Shown piece by piece: positions 1-10,879 of a stretch of 64,000 nucleotides of DNA. This DNA is from the human T2T-CHM13v2.0 reference genome, Homo sapiens. The stretch lies in NCBI RefSeq assembly GCF_009914755.1, contig NC_060931.1, one strand, 5' to 3'. The notes under the pieces were generated by a model, which was not told the DNA's origin, did no database searches, and worked only from the letters and a program-made list of their open reading frames with translations. The first letter of the stretch is position 1, and each line of letters opens with the position of its first letter. Both the position numbers and the translations under genes were made by a program.

Positions 1-129
1 ATGCAATAATGATGCAATGCCTCGGGGGTGGGGGAGATATTCTAGAAAGAAAGTCAGCACAGCTTCATTAAGAAGTAAGAAGTCAAAGGGGTAGTTGCTG
101 GCATAGCAGAAAGAATGCCTTGTTTGGAA

Positions 130-240
130 CCAAAACGCTTGGGTTTTAGACCTAGCCCTGTCACTACTTGGTTCTGTGACCTTGGACAAGTCACTGAACC
201 CCTCTGGGTCTCTTTTCTTAGGAAATAAAATAAGAGGTGG
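130..240 (-). mobile_element. MIR fragment
   Basis: tgtgaccttggacaagtcactgaacccctctgggtctc...aaaataag matches the MIR core. Confidence 0.7.
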
Positions 241-844
241 GACCAGGCAGTCTCCCAGGCCCCCTGCGGCTCTGGTATTCTGAGACCAACTATGACGTAG
301 GTAGCTTCTGCTTCCACTCACACCTAAAAGAGTAAAACAGCCTGAAAATAAATCTTAAGCCTGAGTCAATGTTCCCTGCAACTCCCCTTCTCTGGCCTTT
401 TCTGAGATTCTATTGGCAAAGAATGGCTTCCCTTGAGGATGGCTGAGCTAACAGCTGGGCAGTACTGGGTGATCTCTGCCCTTTCAACAGCTGGTCTCTG
501 AGACAAACAACCAGACAGGCTTTATCAGAAAAAATGACTCAACTTGTGGAGGCCAAGCATAGATGGAGAGCAGTATCAGACTTAAAACTACTGTACTACT
601 TTCTCCTCAACCAAACCTCCTTTCATCTACCAGTATCTTCTAGCCTCAGTTATGCAGAACCTCCATGAGAAATGGGGGAGGGAAATGGCACTAGACCATT
701 TCTAGGAAGCCTAGAAAAAAATTCAGGGCCATAGTTTCATGTTTTCTGCCCTATTCCTCATAAGAAACTAACAATTTCTGAAGTGGTTAGAGATGTTCAA
801 CCAGGCCATGTTGATATTGTCGATGAGATGATTCTTCATTAATG

Positions 845-950
845 AGGATTTTCCTGTACATTCCAGGGCCCCTGGGCACTCAGTGCTGGTAACATCCCCC
901 TTTCCCATTATGACAACAACCAAAAATGCCGCCATGTATTTCCAAAAGCC
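845..950. mobile_element. hAT-Charlie (MER20-like) fragment
   Basis: gacaacaaccaaaaatg...atttccaaa resembles a MER20-family end. Confidence 0.4.
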
Positions 951-1954
951 AAAAAAGGAGCTTTCAAAATGTAGATTCAACTAAGAGGGATCCATAACGT
1001 TGATTTAGGTTCTTTCCATGGGTCTGTTTTCAGCATTCATGCAAAATGCAGCACTGTGTCAAAAACTTCTCTTCGTGACTGTCTCTGGCATGAAATTGTA
1101 TTCTCTTCACTGTCTAAAGACCCACCAATATCCAAATGCCCCTTTCCCCATTGATCTGAATACTCTTCACATTTGCAAAGTCTGGGTGTCTAATAGGTTA
1201 AACCTCTTAACTTTTGAAGTTTGGGCTTTAAACTGATCTTTTGCTTACCTTTGTTTAAACAGATTTTTGCCACCGGGAGCCCATTTAGAAGGGAAAGGGA
1301 AAGAAAAATAGCAATTCACAAAGCTGTACACAGAGTCCGTGTGTGGAACGAAGGTGCAGCTGGACCACCTCTCTGCCTCATGATGTCTGCAAACGCACAG
1401 TAAAATTAAGAAATTGTGCCAATGCTAATATTCCCAGTCTCAACAAAGTGGTTTGTTTATTAGGTCTTCTGGCTCACAAAAGAGGTATTTAAAAACTCTG
1501 CATGTAGCCTTGGGAACCGACCACGGAAAAAGTAAACCTAAAGCACAAGTTTTGCCTTTGCAAGCAGCAAGCACTGAATCAATGAACATTAGACCATTTG
1601 AGTGAAGGCAACAAGATCACAATCAGAAAGAACAGCTTACTGATCAAAGGTAGATATCCCTGAATTGTGATCCATCAATCTGTGAAATTTAAAATAGCCC
1701 ACATATGAGTATTTAAATAAATTAAGGTATATCTAAGTGGCTATGAAAACAAACTGCTACTGTAGAAAACTATCTGTTAATATACAGAAATGTCCACGTC
1801 ATATATCTAAATGAAAAATATATTGTGAAAACTGAATTCCCTAATTTATAATTGTCTTTATATATTTATATATGTTGTTACATACTTTATATATCAATGT
1901 CTTTTTATCTATTTCATAAATGAATAATCAAATTTATAGTTTTAGAATTTATAA

Positions 1955-2278
<324 letters not shown>

Positions 2279-3733
2279 TAACTTTTAATTGAAAGTAGAA
2301 ATTATCTATAAGTGCTAGAATATAAAAATGTATGGACAGCCTTATAGCAAAATGTTGATGCACTCCTGTGTAGTGTTAATACGGTTTTTTAATTCTTCTT
2401 ATCTATATTTCTAACAATGAAGACCTCTAATTTACAATGGGAGGAAAAAAGCATTTGCTTTTTCAAAACAGCCTCTGTTTAACTGAATTGCGTGAGACCT
2501 GGTTTAAATAGTCCTCAGGGAACAAAAACCAGGGAGGACAACTGACTAGAGACAATATTTTCTGCCCAAAAGATAGATATTCTATATTTTATGCATGTTA
2601 ACAAATAAACAAACTAACCCATTGGTAGGCACAGGCCTAAAAGACAGACTTTTCTGCAGGGCAATAATACCCCAAATCACAGATCCTTTTTCCTCTGACA
2701 CTTTAAATGTTACATAGGCAGAAATCTGCTCTCTAATTTTGCCCTCCATGTAGACAGCAATCTGGACTAAGAAGAACTGGGCCTTTCACCAACAAGTATG
2801 GTTACCTACAGGTGAACACGCAGGTTTTGTATTAGAACCTCAAATGCTGGAAAGGAGCTCCTCTTTATTCACCCGCCTCCTCATGAGGGTGGGCTCTGAA
2901 ATGACTCCTAACAAATTGCCCTATCGAAACACTTTTTCTTTCATAAATCCAAATTTCCACCTTGAGCCGCTACAATTAAGCTTTTATCTTTAGATTGTAT
3001 TTAGTGGCCGTTTCTGTTCTCTCATGACTTGAGCCACCAGCCACAAATACTTAAAATAATATTTTTGATCCTGCTCTCCAAATGCACCCTCCCCCAAATT
3101 ATAGTCTGTTAAATCCCTCTGCTTTTATGCAAAGAATAAACAGGCACTGGCCACACACTTCCTCCTGCCCACTGTAATAGGCTGAAATTCTAAGATGACT
3201 CCCAAGACTCCTGCTCCCTGCTGTAACATGCTCGGTATAACCCCCTTCCCTTGAGTGTGGCCTGTGCAACATGTGATTATGACAGATGGCAGTCCTGTGA
3301 GTGCTGGGTTACAATGGTGAAGGCAATTTTGCAGGTGTCTTGAAGGTCTCAATTCAGTTGACTCTGAGTTCATCAAAACGGAGATTATCCTGAGCGGGTC
3401 TGATCTAATAAGGTGATCCCTTTAAAAGAAGGTCTAGAAATGAGAAAAATTTTCCTCCTGCTGGCCTGGAAGAGGCAAACCACTAGAAGATGTACAAATG
3501 CAGAAAAAAAAAAAAAAACAACCCTGAATTCTGTCTACAACCATATGCTCCTGAAAGAGGACCTTGAGCCTCAAATGAGACTGCAGCTCCAGCTGACACC
3601 TAACTGCAGGTTGGTGAGCCACTGAGGACAGGACCCAGCTAAGCCATGCCCAGACTCCTGACCCATGGAAAATGTGAGATAATAAATGTGGTTGTTTTAA
3701 GCCACTATGTTTATGGTAATTTGTTAGGTGTAG

Positions 3734-4823
3734 TGCTATATATATAAGCTATATATATAAGCTATAAGGCTGTCCATACATTTTTATATATAGTTATATA
3801 TATATAGTTTTATATATAGTTTTTTATAGTTATCTATATAGTTATATATAGTTATCTATATAGTTATCTATATAGTTATATATAGTTATATATAGTTATA
3901 TATAGTTATCTATATAGTTATCTATATATAGTTATCTATATAGTTATATATATAGTTATATATATATAGTTATATATATAGTTATGTATATATAGTTATA
4001 TATAGTTATATATATATAGTTATATATATAGTTATATATATAGTTATATATATAGTTATATATATATAGTTATATATATAGTTATATATATATAGTTATA
4101 TATATAGTTATATATATATAGTTATATATATAGTTATATATATATAGTTATATATATAGTTATATATATAGTTATATATATAGTTATATATATATAGTTA
4201 TATATATAGTTATATATATATAGTTATATATATAGTTATATATATATAGTTATATATATAGTTATATATATATAGTTATATATATAGTTATATATATATA
4301 GTTATATATATAGTTATATATATATAGTTATATATATAGTTATATATATATAGTTATATATATAGTTATATATATATAGTTATATATATAGTTATATATA
4401 TATAGTTATATATATAGTTATATATATATAGTTATATATATAGTTATATATATATAGTTATATATATAGTTATATATATATAGTTATATATATAGTTATA
4501 TATATATAGTTATATATATAGTTATATATATATAGTTATATATATATATATAGTTCAATCCATAGATTGAACTGAGTCCCACCGAAATCCAAATGTTGAA
4601 GCCCTAGCGCTCTCTCTCTCTCTCGCTCTCTCTCTTCCCTCCACTCTACCCACTAAGGACACAGCAAGAAGGTGGCTGTTTACAAGCCAGGAAGAGAGCC
4701 CTCACCAGAAACCAACCATGCTGGCACCCTGATCTCAGACTTCCCAACCTCCAGAATCATGAGACATACATTTCTGCACCCAGCTGTGGTATTTTGTTAT
4801 GGCAGCCACACCCGCTCAACACC
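3734..4823 (+). mobile_element. MLT1A-like LTR nested in the MLT1E, carrying the TA array at its 5' end
   Basis: tgctat...(array)...aaatgttgaagcccta...aagccaggaagagagccctcaccagaaacc. TSD TGTAG/CGTAG. Confidence 0.75.
3737..4555. repeat. TA-rich tandem array GT(TA)n
   Basis: Directly visible. The distal part alternates 12-nt and 14-nt units. Confidence 0.97.
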
Positions 4824-6834
4824 CGTAGCAAGAGAAAACTAATATACCCACTAACTGGCTACATCTCTGTCCACTCCCTCACCTACACCCTCGCTTCTCT
4901 GGGTCTACTATCTGAAGACATTCTTGAGGAGGAAAAATGAATCCTGAAGAGAAACAGGAGAGCTGGAGAACCTGTGACACTTTCAGTCAGCCTCAAACTG
5001 GGGGTGTAGTCCTGGCCTGTGCCCTCCGGGGCTCCCCTGAGCCTCTCCACACCTGTGTCTTGATCCCGCCATTTGCCCCCCTCGGCTCACTCCTTTAGAA
5101 AAGGAAGTCAGACTAAGATGGCGCCTGTGACTTCATACCTGGGCTCCCAGATCACAGGTTAGTTGTTCTGCCCTGGCCTAAGTTTAGATAAATCTCTTTA
5201 TTCCTGATGGTCTAGCCAAGACCAAGTTGAGTTTTTTAAAGAAACTTTTACAGGAAAACTGAGGGGAGGGAGGAAGAAGAATTTTTGAAATGCTCAAAGT
5301 AGACACATTTATATAAGACACATTTCTTAACTGAAGACCAGTCACAGCCTGGCTTGGCTGGTGTCACGTCTAGAATATCCACCTCCACATCCACTTCCTT
5401 CCCCTGCCCTGTCTTTACAGGAGGTTTATAACTGTGCCAGGCCTCCTCCGGCCCGACCTTCATTTGAGTTGGCTCCCTCACTAGCCTGGAGCCTCGGGCT
5501 CTGCCACTCTGCAGCTACCCCACCAAGTCCTCCTGCTCTGTTTCTGGCTCCCTGGATGAACAAGGTACTTCCATACCTGACCTCAACAATTCCTCACCTG
5601 GATCTAATATCGAGGACCTCACAAGACAGTGCTTTCCCATGATTCCCTGTCTCCAGGCCTCTCTGCTCTTGTGTCTACCACCTTGGCTTCAATTCAGCTA
5701 AGATATATTCAAAATTCATAATGTGTCAGTCAATTGTGCTAAATTCTGGAGATGCATAGATGCTGTCTTGCAGCTCAAAGCCTACTAGGACTACCTAAAA
5801 CATGCTCACTAGTTCATTACTGAAGCTGGTATTACATCATGCTGAAACTCAATTCACGATTAAACTGTTTTTCTCAACTAGTGCCTAAGCTTCATCTTGC
5901 TAGTAGCCAGGGGGACATTATGGTAGGAACCAAAACTTACCCATAGCTTCTCCATCTCCTCCAACTCTCCAACTCTACAAAGTTGGAATAAAACAAATGT
6001 ATTGGAATTTTGGTGTCTCAGTTCCATGTCCCTACTAAATTTCTCACTATTAGACTGTTTACTTACTTGCAGAAAGCCACTGCAAGTTAACAGAAGGAAA
6101 CAGGATATTGATTTACCTTGGCCAAGGTAAATATTAGCATTTAAGAGGATCATCTTGGCTATTCAAAAGCGTGCTGGGCTCACCATAAGACTTCTCTAGT
6201 TTCAATTTTCCTACTGAATCCACAGCATGAGTATTAGCACGTAACTGAAGAATAGCCTCATGAAAACGAATTGACCATTCCTATCCAGTTATCTGTTATA
6301 GACTGCAAGCTCCAAGAAGGTATATCAGATGCATTTTGTTGTCCTTGTTCTGTGACCTGCACAACATAATGAACAACTGGCCATTCAAATGAGTTTCAGT
6401 GATGATGATGAAAACCAGCAGGATCATCAGTTTTGTGACTATCCCAGGCTTAAGGATGGCTGTCTGTTACCAACTTACACCATAGGAGTCATCAGAAATA
6501 TAAAGGACATTCACACAAGAATGGAACAAAGTTCCAAACATGTTTACATGAAGTTGTCCCTCTTCCTAGTTGAGAAATAAGTCTACACCTAACATCAGGG
6601 TACAGAGATCACTCGTCTCATGGCAATCTCAAAGGCCAAGTCAGCCCAAAGAAATATCATTTTCTCTTAGGCAAATGCCAGCTATCAAAGTGCAAACGGA
6701 AATAGCCACTTGGACCTGGAGTTCGGCATTCAAACTGCTGACCCCATTATCTCTGCCACAGTGAGGCTGATACGGACCCGTGATGGGCAATCCAGCAGTT
6801 GGGATTCACTTGCTAACTTCCCACAGACGTTTAA

Positions 6835-7011
6835 AAAAGAACATGTCAGAAACTGTGTCGTTGTAAGGTGTAAGCCAGATCTCAAAACACACTTTATAAA
6901 GGACTCACGTATTCTCATTTTAATTGCAAAATTATCAGGAGAGAGGGAATCTAGGTTTTGTTTCTCCAGTAATTCAAAGGCTTGGGGAGGATTTCCCTAG
7001 TTTCAAGATCC
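6835..7011 (+). repeat. Dispersed direct repeat, copy 1 (~175 bp)
   Basis: Highly similar to 8213-8387 (gtcgttgtaaggtgtaagc...aaaacacactttataaaggactcac...ctccagtaattcaaaggc...ccctagtttcaagatcc). Confidence 0.9.
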
Positions 7012-7499
7012 TTCTGTGCAAGTTACTTCCTTATATTTCGCTTTTCCCATGGATCAAATGGACACCAGTGTTGCACTAGCCTCTTCCCACACCCCTTTGA
7101 CCTGGGTATGTTATATTCACCAAGTCTCTTCTATGACTTTATTCAACAGCTAACACAGACGTAAAGCTTGTCAACACCCCAATCAAGATTAGAAAAAAAA
7201 TCTAAGGGATATTTCATGAATGTTTACTTTGGAACATTTGTGTTTCTCACACCAGGGAAAAATAACATGTTTTGGAAGAATAAAATTAAATAGTGACATT
7301 TGCTTAGACACTCATGGATGCAAAACCCAATCCGCACTGGTTATTTGATAATGGTGTTATTGAGAGTGATCAACTCCAGGCCGAGTTGCTGGGAAACAAA
7401 GGTCACTGTCAAGATGACTCACTGATTTTCTCTAAGGATCTATTGATAAGCTCCTTGTCAACGGAGGTACTGTCAGAAGTATAATAAGGGAAGTGGCTA

Positions 7500-7650
7500 A
7501 GTATATTATTTTATTTAATCTTCACAACAGACATATGAGTGGGGTCATAATTATCCCCATTAGACCAATGAGAAAATGCAAGCTCAGAGAGGCTTTACAA
7601 CTTACCCAAAGTTGCACAGCTGAGGAAGGGGTAGAACTAGGAAATCAAAA
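7500..7650 (+). mobile_element. MIR
   Basis: tttaatcttcacaac...ttatccccatt...gctcagagagg...acttacccaaagttgcacagct. Confidence 0.75.
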
Positions 7651-8212
7651 TCAGTTCCTCTGACTGCAAAAGCCACACTCTTTCCAATACACCATATGCT
7701 TCTTGATCTTCGATGGTGAAAATGTGGGTGGTTTTGTCATGGATTTGTGGGTCATATGAGGGGTACTGTGTTTTCCAATGGGATAGCTATTCTCACCAAA
7801 CAGGCACTGGTCAAAGAAAGGATCAAGACTCACACCCTGGATTTCTCCAGAGGGCAAAACGTCTGATAGTCATTTCAGGTAAGGTCAGGTATGATTACCA
7901 TCAGTCCACACTTGTCTTTTTCTGGGGAAACTGGACCACATCAAAGAAGCTCACAAATGCTAACGCCTCTCATAAATGTAAGGTGATATTATCACCACTG
8001 TTCCCTACTGAGACACAAAGGGCTGTTTCTCCTCTACCCCATGCTTCTGAGCTACTCCGTAGTAGTGCTTTTTTTCAGGATTTGGTTTGTTTGGGGTGGG
8101 GAGTGAGGAGGTATTACGAAGGCTCCACAAACACCAGAGTAGCAGTGTCTGTGTATGCATCCGAAGGTGAGCCATTTATGATTTAGTTTCAGAGTAAAAC
8201 AAACAAACAAAC

Positions 8213-8387
8213 AAAAGGACATATCAGAAACTGTCGTTGTAAGGTGTAAGCTAGATCTCAAAACACACTTTATAAAGGACTCACATATTCTCATTTAATT
8301 GCAATATTACAGGAGAAAGGGAACCTTTTCATTTCTCCACTCCAGTAATTCAAAGGCCTGGGGAGGCTTTCCCTAGTTTCAAGATCC
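8213..8387 (+). repeat. Dispersed direct repeat, copy 2
   Basis: See 6835-7011. It is followed by a micro-duplication of ccctagtttca. Confidence 0.9.
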
Positions 8388-8429
8388 CTAGTTTCATGGT
8401 ACAGCCATGGTACAGTCTGAAGAATAATA

Positions 8430-9084
8430 CACTGATCCTCACTATTCACAGATTCCATATTTCTGAATTGTGTCTAATTGATAAAATGTATTTGTAACCT
8501 CAAAAATCAATACTTGTGGCACTTTCATGGTCATTTGAGAATCCGCATAGAGTGGCAAAAAATTTGAGTCACTGACATGCACGTGCCCAGCTAAGGCTGA
8601 AAAAGGGCACACTCTGCCTTCTTGCTGTAGCTCTCAGGCTATTACGCAGGTTCCTTTTCATGGTCTATTTAGTGCCATGTTTTTCATATCTTTGTGCTTT
8701 TTGTTGGTGACGTTGCTGTCTAAAACACCTCCCAAGCACAGTGCTGAAGTGCTATCTAGTGTCCTAAGTACAAGACGGCTGTGATATGCCTCACAGAAAA
8801 AAATCCACGTGTTCGATAAGCTTTGTTCAGGTATGGGTGATAGCACTCTTGGCTGTAGCTCAATGTTAATAAACCAACAATATATTGATACATTAAGTAT
8901 GGTGTCTTTAAACAGAAGCACACATAAAACAAGGTTATATACTGATTAGTGATAAAAATGTAATCAGACACCCGCAAGAACCTAATCCTCTATTTCCCTT
9001 AGCAGCAAAGGGTTAGTATTTGCTAGTTCAGTGTTCACAGTGACTTAAGAGACCATAACCACTGCAAATAACAAGAATTGATTG
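8430..9084 (+). mobile_element. MER82 (TcMar-Tigger MITE), apparently full length
   Basis: About 655 bp with degenerate TIRs (cactgatcctcactattcacag / ctgcaaataacaagaattgattg) and TA target duplications. The internal sequence matches the recalled MER82 consensus. Confidence 0.8.
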
Positions 9085-9220
9085 TACTTATTGAAATGTA
9101 TAAGTATGGTATATAAGCTCAAGGAATTATTGGCGAAATGTCTGTCATGCATTCAAAGGGCAATGTATTAACTATCTAAAATCATATACATGAAAAAGAC
9201 TGTAAGAAACACACAAAACA

Positions 9221-9599
<379 letters not shown>

Positions 9600-9929
9600 T
9601 TATTTTCGTAATTTAAAAATAAAATTTCAAATGCAAATTTACTCCCATCCATTAATATCTCTGAGAAAAATCCACAAGTCCTTATTGTCAAGTATATGAC
9701 TAATACCCTGTTCAGCAGCCCTACAAAAAGGTAATTAAAACCATCTAGAGGCCTGGTGAGGTTTGATTTACTTTTCTGGGAAACTTGGAAAAGATCTTCC
9801 TAGTATGGACCTGATTTATCATCTGACTTTGAAGGTTCTCCTTGTGTTTGATTTCTATTAACCATCTCTTCCACATACTCAGCCTCCTTCCCAACTTCCC
9901 CATGGCTGAGAGGATATCCCCGCCCAGCC

Positions 9930-10215
9930 CTCAGGCTCTCAGCCTTTCAACTCAAATGTCACCTTAGAGAAACAGTGTCCATGACCCCTACGGTAGCCAC
10001 AGGTCCCATTTTGTCATCTTCACTGCATTTGCCAGTCTGTGAAATTAGCTTACTGATTTATCTGTTCCAGTTTTTATGATCTGGCCCCTGCTTTCCCGCC
10101 TTTGCACTAGAATATACAGGGACTGTCTGTCTTGCTCAGTGTTTGACAGCCACCCTACCTACCCCACCCCAACTCTACCACACCTAGAAGGAAGTGCTCA
10201 GTAAGTATTTGCTGA
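9930..10215. mobile_element. L2 3' fragment
   Basis: ctcaaatgtcacc...actagaat...tgtctgtcttgctca...gtgctcagtaagtatttgctga. Confidence 0.6.
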
Positions 10216-10230
10216 CTTACTAACTCTTAA

Positions 10231-10636
<406 letters not shown>

Positions 10637-10879
10637 AGTTTAAGAATATTTCAATCACTTAGTAAGACCTTTTAATGTAAACTCCTTGATGTCTCTTGAC
10701 TTCATCCTGATTTATTTCCTGGGAAACAAGAGAGCTCAGGGTTAGACAGTTTGTTCCCTCTAAGTCACTGTAGTTTATGTTAAGTGGGATTAGCTCCCGG
10801 TGGTGTTTCACTGAAAACCTGCTTACCGCTTAGTTGATTAACTGCTACTCCACATAACACATTCCTTCCTTATGACCAA

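Larger units (their letters stand above)
3173..4846 (+). mobile_element. MLT1E-like MaLR solo LTR, interrupted near its 3' end
   Basis: TG start, an MLT1 3' motif (ttgttttaagccacta...aaactaatata), and a perfect 5-bp TSD CCCAC at 3168-3172 and 4847-4851. Confidence 0.8.

Noticed and set aside
3737-4555. Regular repeat array as a possible CRISPR-like locus
   Set aside because: There are no unique spacers and no cas genes. It is a simple TA-rich tandem repeat in a mammalian intron.
7868-7895. tttcag|gtaagg AG-GT motif resembling a recursive splice site
   Set aside because: It is on the plus strand, antisense to CREB3L2 and outside the candidate antisense unit.
7713-8186. 157-aa plus-strand ORF between the two direct repeats
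   Set aside because: No gag, pol or transposase motifs, so it does not support the repeats being LTRs of an element.
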